This document shows positions 50,070 to 59,868 of a DNA stretch of 64,000 bases, in pieces. Source of the DNA: an uncultured Methylomirabilota bacterium. Lineage in GTDB: Bacteria; Methylomirabilota; Methylomirabilia; Methylomirabilales; 2-02-FULL-66-22. Within the stretch, counting starts at the first letter, position 1, and every line of letters starts with the position of its first letter. The stretch spans positions 160,001 through 224,000 of the forward strand of contig CAWJSJ010000005.1 of NCBI GenBank assembly GCA_963845565.1, read 5' to 3'. Below the pieces are notes generated by a model. It was not told the DNA's origin and made no database searches. It saw only the letters and a list, made by a program, of their open reading frames with translations. Position numbers and translations under genes: made by a program.

Positions 50070-50945
50070 TTATAGCACACCCAGAAAGCGCAAGATAGCG
50101 GGGGCAATGTCGGTCAGGTCGCGGATGCCGGCGGCCACGGCGGGGGCGTCGCGCCCCCAGAGGAGGGTCGGGACCGGGTTCAGCGTGTGTCGTTTGGTGG
50201 ACAGGTCTTCCAGGTTGCCGTGATCGCTGGTCAAGATCACCAGGTGCCGGGAGAGGTCGAGGTGCGCGAGGAGCCCGTCCAGCAGACCCTCCAAGTTCTC
50301 CAGCACCTCCACCGCGCGGTCCATGTCCTGCGAGTGGCCGGCGAGATCGGTCAGGAAGTGCTCGTACATTGTGAAGGCGTGACCGGCGGTAATGGCGGCC
50401 AGGCGCGCTCCGGCTTCGCGGGGCGTGATGGGGGGCAGGTAGCATCCGCGCTCCGGCAGGAGGCGGTTGGTGAAGTCATGGAAGAGCGCCTCACCACGAG
50501 CCAGGTCCTCCAGCGTGCGCAGGCGCACGCCGGCCTGCGTGACGGCGACGGTGCTGACCGAGAGGAAGCGCGGGGGCTTTTCGAAGAAGCCGGGTGTGAA
50601 GGCATTGGCGTAGGTGACGCCCCCGCCGGTCTCCTTCACGCGACTGAAAATCGTCTGACCGTCGAGGAGCGCCGCCAGGGACTTGGTGCAGTAGCCGTTG
50701 ATGTGCCGACCCACGGTCGCGGCCGCGTTCATTCCGGCCAGGATGGAGGTTTGGCCTGTGGCGCTTTGTGGCAAGCCGGGCACCCCCAGACAGGCGTCGG
50801 TCGGCACCAGAACAGCCGCGGGGTCCGGTGCGGGCAGGCCCTGCGCCAGGCGCAGTCGCGTCAGGCGTGCGCGCACGAACGGGTTCTTGGCCGGGTCGGC
50901 CTCGCCCAGCCCGATGCCATCCACGAAGAGAAGCAAGACACCCAC
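50070..50945 (-). CDS. Metalloenzyme (alkaline-phosphatase/phosphopentomutase superfamily); start approximate
   Basis: FVDGIGLG, GLPQSATGQT, TDLAGH, TSDHGN, HTLNPVP. Confidence 0.85.
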   Translation of the reverse strand: MGVLLLFVDGIGLGEADPAKNPFVRARLTRLRLAQGLPAPDPAAVLVPTDACLGVPGLPQSATGQTSILAGMNAAATVGRHINGYCTKSLAALLDGQTIFSRVKETGGGVTYANAFTPGFFEKPPRFLSVSTVAVTQAGVRLRTLEDLARGEALFHDFTNRLLPERGCYLPPITPREAGARLAAITAGHAFTMYEHFLTDLAGHSQDMDRAVEVLENLEGLLDGLLAHLDLSRHLVILTSDHGNLEDLSTKRHTLNPVPTLLWGRDAPAVAAGIRDLTDIAPAILRFLGVL

Positions 50946-51033
50946 GGCATGCACCCGGAAAGCGTTCGACAGTTCGGCAGGTCGGCGGCGACCCCTCAGA
51001 ACCGTCGAACCGTCGAACGGCCGAACCGTTACC

Positions 51034-53019
51034 CTACACGGTGGTCGCCCCGCCAGAACGCTGCCCGTCAAAGAAGCGCCGCAGATCCTCTCGGTCGCTG
51101 GTCATCGGGCAGGGCGGAAGGCTCTCCAGGAAGGCACGGCCATACCCCTTCGTCAAGAGGCGGCCGTCCAGGATGCACAGCGCGCCACGGTCCTGCCCGC
51201 TGCGGATCAACCGTCCCAACCCCTGGCGCAACGCGATGATGGCGGAGGGCACCTGGTATTCCCAAAATGGCTCGCTGCCTTGCTGCTGGAGGTATTCCAG
51301 ACGGGCCTCCAGGACCGGGTCGCCGGGGAACCCGAAGGGGAGCTTGTGGATGATCAGGCAGCTCAGGGCCTCGCCCACGACATCCACCCCCTGCCAGAAA
51401 CTCCGGGTGGCCAGGAGCACCGACGACACCTCCTGCCGGAATCGGTCTAGAAGCTGCGTGCGGGGCGCCTCGCCCTGCACCATCAGGGGGAACGGAAGCG
51501 TGCCCTGGAGCAGCCGGTAGGTGGTCTCCATGGCTTCCAGGCTGGTGAACAGGATGAGGGCCCGCCCGGCGGTGAGCTCCAGGATGGCGCGAATCTCCTC
51601 GGCCGCCACCTCCAGGAAACTGCGATCGCGGGGGTCCGGCAAGTGGCGCGGGATATAGAGGACCGCTTGCTCGGGGTACTCGAAGGGCGAGGCGGCCTGA
51701 AACTCCCGCGCACGCTCGATACCCAGCCGACCGCGCAGGAAGTCGAAGTGGCCGGCGGCCGACAGCGTTGCCGACGTCAGGACGACCGTCTCGGCGGACT
51801 CCAGGATGGCCCGTCGGAAATCCGCCGACACGTCCAGGGGCGAGGTGCGCAGGACCAGCGCGCGCCCCCGGCGCTCCGACCAGCGCACCAGCGGGCGCTC
51901 TTCCGGGGTATGGGCGGCACCGGCCCCCGGCCGCAGGAAATCGTGGAGGATGTCGGCCTGCTCCCGGGCTCGCCGGGCGCATCCCAAGAGCGCCTCCGGT
52001 TTGCCCGGCAGGGCGTGGATGAGGTCGTGGAGGAGGATGAGGTGCTGCACCAGATCGCGCCCGACTGCGCTAGAGAGTTCCCCCAGGGCCTCCTCGCGCA
52101 GGCGTCGGGCGCCCTCGGCGAAATCCAGGGAGCGGAAAAACCGGGCGGAGGCCTCGGCCAGCCGCATCAGCTGGGTCGGGATACTGGCGTCGCCCGCCGC
52201 CGACCCGCGCCATTCCCGTTCCGCGTCCCGGACGAGGCGCTCGATCCGCAGGTTGCTGATTTCGGTGCCGAAGAAGTCAGTGGCCACGTCCTCCAAGAGA
52301 TGGGCCTCGTCCAGGATCAGGGTGGCATACGAGGGGATGACCTGAAACAGGCTTCCCTCTCGCAGAGCCGCGTCGGCCAGGAGCAGGTGATGGTTCACGA
52401 TTACCAGATCCGCCGCCGCGGCTTCTTGCCGCATCCGGGTGAGGAAGCACGACTCGTAATCCTCGCAAGCGGTGCCCAGGCAGGTCTCGGACCACGCGGC
52501 GACGTCATCCCAGAGCGGATCGGTATCGGACAGGAAGTCCAGTTCCGCCCGGTCGCCTCGGAGCGACGCGGCCGACCACTTCTGGATCTTCACCAGCCGC
52601 TGCCGCTCGGGCCGGGTATGGGTCTCGGTGAGGGCGCGCCGCAGGCTCCGACGGCAGAGGTAATTTCCCCGCCCCTTCATGAGGCTGGCGACGAACGTCC
52701 TGGGAAGCGTCCGAGCGAGGAGGGGAATGTCCTTGAAGAAGAGCTGCTCCTGGAGGGTCTTGGTGCCGGTGGCGACGACCGTCTTCTTGCCCGAGAGGAT
52801 GGCCGGGACGAGGTAAGCCAGGGTCTTCCCGGTCCCGGTGCCCGCCTCGGCCAAGAGCGTCTCGCCGGTATCGATGGCGCGCTCGACCGCTTCCGCCATC
52901 TGAAGCTGGGCGGGCCGATACTCGAAGTCCGGTATCGCCGAGGCCAGCATACCGTGAGGACCGAGAAACCAACCCAGACCCGCCTGTTCTTCCACCTTCG
53001 GAAATCGCGCGTTGTGCAT
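51034..53019 (-). CDS. dinG: DinG/YoaA family ATP-dependent DNA helicase (start uncertain)
   Basis: EAGTGTGKT, KGRGNYLC, DEAH, TSATL, LFTS, FWQGVD, QGLGRLIR. Confidence 0.93.
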   Translation of the reverse strand: MHNARFPKVEEQAGLGWFLGPHGMLASAIPDFEYRPAQLQMAEAVERAIDTGETLLAEAGTGTGKTLAYLVPAILSGKKTVVATGTKTLQEQLFFKDIPLLARTLPRTFVASLMKGRGNYLCRRSLRRALTETHTRPERQRLVKIQKWSAASLRGDRAELDFLSDTDPLWDDVAAWSETCLGTACEDYESCFLTRMRQEAAAADLVIVNHHLLLADAALREGSLFQVIPSYATLILDEAHLLEDVATDFFGTEISNLRIERLVRDAEREWRGSAAGDASIPTQLMRLAEASARFFRSLDFAEGARRLREEALGELSSAVGRDLVQHLILLHDLIHALPGKPEALLGCARRAREQADILHDFLRPGAGAAHTPEERPLVRWSERRGRALVLRTSPLDVSADFRRAILESAETVVLTSATLSAAGHFDFLRGRLGIERAREFQAASPFEYPEQAVLYIPRHLPDPRDRSFLEVAAEEIRAILELTAGRALILFTSLEAMETTYRLLQGTLPFPLMVQGEAPRTQLLDRFRQEVSSVLLATRSFWQGVDVVGEALSCLIIHKLPFGFPGDPVLEARLEYLQQQGSEPFWEYQVPSAIIALRQGLGRLIRSGQDRGALCILDGRLLTKGYGRAFLESLPPCPMTSDREDLRRFFDGQRSGGATTV

Positions 53020-53060
53020 GGGCGTTCGGGGCCGCCCACGGTTGCGGCCGGTCCGTTCTC

Positions 53061-53092
53061 CTGCCCGCTGCCCGCTGCCCGCTGCCCGCTGC
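53061..53092. repeat. Heptamer tandem repeat (CTGCCCG)x4
   Basis: Four perfect copies plus a partial copy between mazG and dinG. Confidence 0.85.
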
Positions 53093-53094
53093 TC

Positions 53095-53891
53095 CCTGAC
53101 GCCTCCCGTCGTTTCGCCTCGGCCCACAGCGCGTCCATCTCGGCCAGGGTCACCTGGCCGGGTGTGCTGCCACGGCGCGCCAGCTCTTCCTCGATGTACT
53201 GGAAGCGGGCGATGAAGCGGGCGATCGTCTTTCGCAGCGCCTCCTCGGGATTCACGGTGATGAAGCGGCTGAGGTTCACCAGCGAGAAGAGCAGGTCGCC
53301 GAGCTCCGCTTCCATCCGGTCGGGCTGTTCACTCTCCATGGCGGCGCGCAGCTCGCCGAGTTCCTCCTCGACCTTGGCGAGGACGTCACGAGCCTCCTTC
53401 CAGTCGAAGCCGACGCGGGAGGCCTTTTCCTGGAGCCGGTGGGCGCGCAGCAGGGCCGGCAATTCGCGCGGGACGCCGTCCAGAAGCGAGGCGTGGCCCT
53501 TGGCGTTCTGCCGCTCTGCCTTCTTGATCTGCTCCCAGTTGAAGAGGACCTCTTGCGCTGTGTCGGCCTGGACGGTGCCGAACACGTGGGGATGGCGGCG
53601 CACGAGCTTTTCGTTGATCGCCCGGAGGACGTCGCCGATCTGGAAGAGCGCCGCCTCTTCGGCCATGCGCGCGTGGAAGACGACCTGGAGCATGACGTCG
53701 CCAAGTTCCTCGCAGAGCTTGCCCGCGTCATCCTCGTCGATCGCTTCCAGGACCTCGTACGTCTCCTCGACGAAGTAGGGCTTGATGCTCTGATGCGTCT
53801 GCTCCCGATCCCACGGGCAGCCGTTCTCGCCCCTGAGGCGCGCCATGATCCGGACCAGCTCCCCGAACAGTTCGTTTGCGGACTCGGCCAC
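53095..53891 (-). CDS. mazG: Nucleoside triphosphate pyrophosphohydrolase MazG; no stop at the expected end (frame runs on to 52677)
   Basis: GCPWDREQT, EETYE, EELGD, RRHPHVF, GFDW, MDALWAEAK. Confidence 0.92.
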
Positions 53892-54200
53892 GGTCGGTCT
53901 CCTGGATGAAGAAAGCGGTCAGCGGTCAGCATTCAGCAATCAGCTTTCGGCTCCATCCGCCAGGCTCCGTTGTGTCCCGAGTCTTGCCTGATCGCTGAAT
54001 GCTGACGGCTGAAAGCCGCCTGCCTACCTTACGAGCAAAGCCGGGAATCGGCAAGGGGAAATGGGGCTGCGTGGGGGCAGGGAAGGGGCCGGCAACAAAC
54101 GACGGGGAATCGATGCGCCGACTTCGTGTGGGTGCCCGTGCCAATGGGACGCGGTGGCACCGAGGCGGGTCGGGCCAGGAGGCGCCGGCGAGGCGTCGCC

Positions 54201-55179
54201 CTAGCCGGGGCGCTGGGACGTGGCGCGAAGTCCGCGGTCGGTCCAGGCGGCGTCGCGCAGTGGGTCCTCCAGGCCGGGGAATGCGCGCAGAGTGCCGAGC
54301 AGCAGGCCCAGCAAGGCCTGGTGCTGCGCCTCGATTTCCATCAGGAGCGGCTCGAGCGCCGTCAGGGGTACACCGAGCCACTCCCAGGCTGCCTCCTCCG
54401 GCGGGGGCACGACGTCCTCACCGCTTGCGCCGAGGCCCAAGGCATGGGCCAGGATGTCTGCGACGTGAATGATGGCGCTCTCCCATTGCGCTTGACGCGC
54501 GAGGCTGGGGCGGTGATGGCAACCGACCGCTTCGCACAGCTCTGCGGGGAGTCGCCAAGCCGCGAGCAGCGCCCGACCCACCTGGGTGTGGTCGAACCCC
54601 CAGACGCGAGTCTCGGCCTCGTGAAGGGGGAGGTCACCCTCCCGGGCCAGTGCCAGCGCCTCCAGGAATTCAGGGCGAAGACACTGGTGCTGGATCAGCT
54701 TCCCGACGTCGTGGAGGAGACCGGCGACGAACACCGCCTCGTGGGCCTCGTACCCTGCCGTACGAGCGAGCAGACGGGCGGCAACGGCGGTACCCACGGC
54801 GTGCTGCCACAACCCGACCGGAGAAAACTCAGGGGTCTCCTCTGCCTGGAGGAGGTCCACCACCGTGGCGGTGAGCAGCAGGTGCTGGACCGGTCGGAAC
54901 CCCAGAATCGTGAGCGTCTCCGTCACCGTGGCGATCTGTCGAGGGAATCCGTAGAAGGGGGAGTTCACCAGGCGCAGGAGCCGGGCCGTGAGGGCCTGGT
55001 CCTCCAGGATCGCGCTGGCGAGTTGGAGCGCGGAGGTCGCGGGGTTCCGGATCAGGTTCGCCACCCGCAGCAAGCACCGGCGGGAGGGAGGGGAGCGCAT
55101 CGATCTGCTCCAGCAGATGGTCGGGAAGTGCGAGCCGTTGGCAGCTCCTCGCGCCGACTGCCGTCGGGTGCGGCGGCAT
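54201..55179 (-). CDS. HDOD domain protein; +1 frameshift at ~55072
   Basis: LPSLPPV, then in the next frame DQALTARLLRLVNS, LWQHA, AGLLHDVGK, HTQVG..W.LP..HH. Confidence 0.82.
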
Positions 55180-55541
55180 TGTCCCCAGGGCTCCGTGCCT
55201 CTTCCGTGGCCGCACAGGTCGGTCCGGACGGGCGGACCTCTCTCAGTGAATTCCGGAGGCGTCGCTTCGGGTCCGTACGATCCATGGTGTCTCCCTCGGG
55301 AGGCGAGGTGTCATTCCCAGCGCGCGAACAAGGCACGCGCCGCGCCGCGCGGCTCTGTGCCCCTGCAGGGCGTATCGGCACTCTGCGCTGGTTCCTGAAG
55401 GAGAGAATGCGTGCTGGCGTACGATCCGGATCTAGTCCTGGTGCCGGGAGCCGGCGCGTTTCGTTGGCGGACCGAGGGACTGGCGGAAGGGGCGTTCTGG
55501 AGACATCCTCACGAAGGGGGTGGTCGCCTGGCGGCGGTGGG

Positions 55542-56045
55542 TCAGAGCTGGCGCAGCATGGTCTCCGCGTCGCTCACCTCGAACTTGCCGGGTTGCTCGA
55601 TATTCAGTCGCTTGACGACGCCGTCCTCGACGAGCATGGAGTAGCGCAGCGAGCGGACACCCATGCCACGCGCGGTCAAATCCTGGTCCAGTCCGAGGGC
55701 TTTGGTATAGGTCGCGCTGCCGTCGGCCATCATGCGGACCTTGCCCGTGGCCTGTTGCGCCTTGCCCCACGCACCCATCACAAAGGCGTCGTTGACCGCC
55801 AGACACCACACCTCGTCCACGCCCTTGGCCCTGAGTTGGTCATGGTTCGCGATGTAACCGGGCACGTGTTTGGCCGAGCACGTCGGCGTGAACGCGCCGG
55901 GCAGGCCGAAGATGACGACGCGTTTGCCCTTGGTGAGCTCGGAGAGGTTGAAGGTGTTGGGTCCGATCGTGCACCCTGGCGCCTCGTGCTCGATCAATTC
56001 CGTCAGGGTTCCCTCGGGCAACTTGTCGCCAACCTTGATTGTCAT
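55542..56045 (-). CDS. Peroxiredoxin, type II (Prx5-like)
   Basis: GLPGAFTPTCS..HVPGY, VNDAFVMGAW, ADG, RSLRYSM; AGGAGG RBS. Confidence 0.94.
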   Translation of the reverse strand: MTIKVGDKLPEGTLTELIEHEAPGCTIGPNTFNLSELTKGKRVVIFGLPGAFTPTCSAKHVPGYIANHDQLRAKGVDEVWCLAVNDAFVMGAWGKAQQATGKVRMMADGSATYTKALGLDQDLTARGMGVRSLRYSMLVEDGVVKRLNIEQPGKFEVSDAETMLRQL

Positions 56046-56163
56046 GTCGTTCCTCCTCCTGTCGTGATGGAGTGCATGTGCGCGTCGGATTCTGCGGATA
56101 AAGGAAACGGCGACCATCTTGTGAGGCGGTCGCCGTTTCCGTGAAAAGCTTTGGGACCAACGA

Positions 56164-56295
56164 TTACGTCTGGGGCTGAGGCTGCGAGGTGGGTTTCGCG
56201 GTGTCCGCGTGGTCCACGCCGCAATTGGCCAGAGCACTTCCCGCCACACCCAGGACCAAACCAAACGCCAAAAGCAAAGCTGCCAGTCGTCGCAT
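56164..56295 (-). CDS. 43-aa secreted peptide, not in the ORF track
   Basis: AAGGAGGG RBS; MRRLAALLLAFGLVLGVAGSALA-NCGVDHADTAKPTSQPQPQT. Confidence 0.65.
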   Translation of the reverse strand: MRRLAALLLAFGLVLGVAGSALANCGVDHADTAKPTSQPQPQT

Positions 56296-56510
56296 CACTA
56301 TTCCCTCCTTTTCACGTCATGTGTCTCATTTGACGTACCATTTTTATACCGGACTCATTTGCTCCTGTCAATAAAGTTCTTGGAACCTAACCTTCATGTT
56401 GGCTCTACGCGGGGCCGATGTCTCGTTGAAAAAATGACGTATGGTCCCGGATTTGTTGGCCGGAATAACCGTAGCCACGCGATCCCCACGCGCTGATTTC
56501 GAGTCCTGCA

Positions 56511-56539
56511 TGGCTCCCCAGGTAGGGACTCGAACCTAC
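56511..56539 (-). other. Isolated tRNA 3'-end fragment (Asn-like), possible att site
   Basis: Minus strand GTAGGTTCGAGTCCCTACCTGGGGAGCCA = T-arm + acceptor strand + G73-CCA; no 5' half upstream. Confidence 0.7.
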
Positions 56540-57630
56540 TGGGGTAACACGAATCGCCGGGGCGTGGGAGGGACTGTGGCAGGCGGGCCTAGCGTCGGCT
56601 CAGGGCCTGTCACCTTGGAGACGAAGGCCCGGATGTTGTCGGTTGGAGCCTTGGGTGGCATTCCTCCGCCGCAGGAGAAGAGGATCCGTCGAGTGTCCGA
56701 CAGCGAGCGGAACTGGGCCTCCACGGCCCGTTCCACGTCCTCTGGCGTGCCGGAGGCCAGCACGTCTCGCGGCGGGATGTTGCCCATCAGCGTCACCTTG
56801 CCGTCCGTCAATCCCTGGAGGTCTTTCACGGTGACTTCGATGCCCATGTTGTAGAGATTGATGCCGGTGTCGTGGAGGTGCGGGGCGGAGGCGGTGCACG
56901 GCGAATCGTTGTGGAAGAAGCGGACCGCGGCGCCCAGCGTGGTGAACAACTCCTTCAGATACGGCTGGGCGAACTCTTTATAGTCCTCCTCGCCGATGAA
57001 GCCGACGATGTCGTCCAACAGCAACACACCGTCGATGGTGGGGAAGCATTCGCGCTGGTACGCCAGCCAATCCCGGGTGAAATCCGTGATGAGCCGCAGC
57101 AGGTGGTGGATCTTGTCCGGGTTGAGCTTCATCTCCATCAGGAACTCGGTGGTCCCCATCAGGAAGGACGCGATATTGAGCGGCCCGCGCGAGACGGCGA
57201 ACCGGATGGCGTGTCCGGCGGCCCGGATGCGCGGCTCGGCGTGCTGCAGCCGCTTGATGACGAAGGGCAGCAGGCCGTCGCGGCGCGGGTCGGGCCGGGC
57301 GAGCTGGTCGACGTCGTCGATGGTGTGGATCAGCTTCTCGGCAAAGGGGAACTCGTTGTCGTGGAACAGGCACTTGGCGCCGAACGCCGACGGCTCGGTG
57401 CACATGCCGTACTCCGACCAGAAGCCGGGGAGAAAGAGGCACTCCGGAAATTCCTGGATCGCCTTGAGGTTGGCCGCCAACCAGCGCTCCTCGCTGGCGT
57501 AGTAGTCGAGGATGCTCATCTCGGCCCAGTTCGGCAGCCACGGGCTATCGATGATGAAGGCCACCGGCACGGGCGTCAGGTTCTCGCCGCGAATCACGGC
57601 CAGCAGGGTTTGCCACTGCGCGTCGTTCAT
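56536..57630 (-). CDS. Uroporphyrinogen decarboxylase / MtaA-CmuA family protein
   Basis: EPSAFG, GPLNIASFLMG, LLDD, FFHND, MGNIPP, SCGGG. Confidence 0.85.
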   Translation of the reverse strand: MNDAQWQTLLAVIRGENLTPVPVAFIIDSPWLPNWAEMSILDYYASEERWLAANLKAIQEFPECLFLPGFWSEYGMCTEPSAFGAKCLFHDNEFPFAEKLIHTIDDVDQLARPDPRRDGLLPFVIKRLQHAEPRIRAAGHAIRFAVSRGPLNIASFLMGTTEFLMEMKLNPDKIHHLLRLITDFTRDWLAYQRECFPTIDGVLLLDDIVGFIGEEDYKEFAQPYLKELFTTLGAAVRFFHNDSPCTASAPHLHDTGINLYNMGIEVTVKDLQGLTDGKVTLMGNIPPRDVLASGTPEDVERAVEAQFRSLSDTRRILFSCGGGMPPKAPTDNIRAFVSKVTGPEPTLGPPATVPPTPRRFVLPQ

Positions 57631-57645
57631 CTCGTCGATCTCCGA

Positions 57646-58822
57646 TCAGTGCGTCAGGCCGGCGGCCGATTCCAGGATGCGCGTGAGGTCCTGGACGGTC
57701 GCGGCGCGCGGGTTGTTCTTGAGCAGTCGCTGATTGCCGAAGGATTCCTCGGCCAGCGCCGGGATCCGGTCCTCGGAGATCTTGACGTCGGCCAGGACGT
57801 GCGGCAGCCCGACATCGGTCACGAGCTGGTGGACGGCGAGGGTCGCCCGGTGGGCCGCCTCCCGCTCGGAGAGTCCCTCCAGTGATTCGCCCAGCGCCTC
57901 GGCGAGGTTGGCAAACTTCTCCGTCGCGGCCATCTCGTTGAATTCCATGACGTAGGGAAGCATCAGGGCGTTGGCCACCCCGTGGGCCACGTTGAACTGC
58001 CCGCCCATCGCCATGGCGATGGCATGCACACCGCCCAAGAACCCATTGGCGAAGGCGACCCCGGCCAGCATGCTGGCATTGGCCATGTTTCGCCGGGCCT
58101 CCAGGTCGCTCCCGTTGGCCACGGCGCGGCGCAGGTATTTGCCGATGAGCCGAACGGCTTGGAGAGCCAACGGCAGCGTGAGCGGCTGCGCACTCCGGGA
58201 CACGTAGGTCTCGATGGCATGCGTCAGGGCATCCATGCCGGAGGAGGCGGTGATGCCGGGCGGGGCGCTCACGGTCAGGAGGGGGTCCACGATCGCGACG
58301 CGGGCCAGGATGTGCGGGCTGACGATGCCCTTTCTTCATGTGGCCGCCGTTCGGCTTGACGTCGGTGAGGATGCAGTTCGGGGTCACCTCGCTCCCCGTG
58401 CCGGCGGTGGTCGGCAACAGGATCATCGGTAGCGCCGGTTTCGGGACATTCCCCACGCCCCACATCTGCTCCAGCGGCGCGTCGTTTGCCAGGATTGCCG
58501 CGGTGGCCTTTGCGATGTCCAGAGGGCTGCCGCCGCCCAGACCGACGATCCCGTTCGGCGCCGCGCGACGGGCAAACTCCGCGCTGCGCCGGGCGGTATC
58601 GATCAGCGGGTCGGGCTCGACGTCGTCGAACACCTCGGCGGTGATCCCCGACGCCTTGAGGTCGGCCACGGCGATCGTCACAAACTCGGTTTTTTCGTGA
58701 AGCACCTTGTCGGTGACCAGCACTACCTGCGTGATGCCCAGCGCTCTTGCCTGGGAGCCCAGGCCCTGCGCCGAGCCGTCACCAGTGAGAATCTTGGCCG
58801 GGCATTGGAATTCCTGCGCCAT
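57646..58822 (-). CDS. Iron-containing alcohol dehydrogenase; +1 frameshift at ~58331
   Basis: GLGGGSPLDIAK and PTTAGTGSE; then GMDALTHAIE, HAIAM, HGVANA in the second frame. Confidence 0.87.
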
Positions 58823-59024
58823 GGCGCACCTCCTCGGAAATTCGCACGGTTTTTCAGCGCACACACGCCATCTGCGGAGCGTCTCGGGTTGGGTCCCGTT
58901 CATGCCGTTCGACGGTCGCCTACCGGACACCGATGTTTGCCTTATAACAGAATCGCCGGCGGATGTCACGGGGCCCATGATTCCGGCTTGCCACCCGTGA
59001 AACGGTCTGCTATATGGTCCAGAT

Positions 59025-59750
59025 ATGTGCAACCGACTGATCGTGTTCGTAATCTGGAGTGTCGTAGCGTTCGCTCCCTGGCTGCCCGCTCAGGCGGCGG
59101 TCTACGGGTACGTGGATGCCGAGGGCACAGCGCACTTCACCGACGCCCCGACGAAGACGCAGTTCCGCTGGCTGCCGGCTTTCGGCGTGCCGCCGGGCGC
59201 GAACCTCGACCATGGGCAGTACGCCGAGTTGATCCACGCCATCGCCGCCGAGAACGGGGTCGATCCGGCGCTGGTCAAGGCGATCATCCGCACCGAGTCC
59301 AATTTCAACCGGCACGCCGTCTCCCGGAAGGGCGCCCAGGGCCTGATGCAATTGATGCCCGGGACCGCCGGGCGCTACGCCGTGGGCAACGCCTTCGACC
59401 CCGCCGAGAACATTCGCGGCGGCGTTCGGTATCTCCGGTTCCTCCAGGATCGCTTCCCGGGGCGGCTGCATCTTGCCGTCGCCGCGTACAACGCCGGGGA
59501 AAACGCCGTCCTGCGGTATCAAGGAATTCCGCCCTACGCCGAGACCCGCCAGTACGTCGCGCGCGTCCTCGGGTTTTATGGGCGGTCCGATGCGACCGGC
59601 GCCGCGTCCGGTCGCGCGAGTACCGGCACGGAGCACACCCCGCAAGCGGCAGCCACGGGGAAGGTGTACCGCCAGGTGGCGTCGGACGGGACGCCGCAAT
59701 ACAGCAATCTGCCCCCGCTGGTTCGGACGCCATCCCCCGCCTCCCACTGA
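59025..59750 (+). CDS. Lytic transglycosylase (SLT) with DUF4124-like flanks
   Basis: ESNF, SRKGAQGLMQLMP, AAYNAG, PPYAETRQYV; signal peptide. Confidence 0.92.
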   Translation: MCNRLIVFVIWSVVAFAPWLPAQAAVYGYVDAEGTAHFTDAPTKTQFRWLPAFGVPPGANLDHGQYAELIHAIAAENGVDPALVKAIIRTESNFNRHAVSRKGAQGLMQLMPGTAGRYAVGNAFDPAENIRGGVRYLRFLQDRFPGRLHLAVAAYNAGENAVLRYQGIPPYAETRQYVARVLGFYGRSDATGAASGRASTGTEHTPQAAATGKVYRQVASDGTPQYSNLPPLVRTPSPASH

Positions 59751-59783
59751 TCGCCCCACCCCGTTTTCGGCCGGGCCTTTTCC

Positions 59784-59812
59784 TTGACAGGCCGTGGGCC
59801 CAAGGCTAGACT
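59784..59812 (+). promoter_or_regulatory. glyA sigma70 promoter
   Basis: TTGACA-17-TAGACT. Confidence 0.7.
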
Positions 59813-59868
59813 CGACCCCCTAGTCACCGGGCACGACACACGCGTACTGCGCGCGGAGGAGAGCAGCC

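Noticed and set aside
59813..59868. Riboswitch in the glyA leader
   Set aside because: The leader is only ~50 nt after the predicted promoter and has no ZTP or glycine motif
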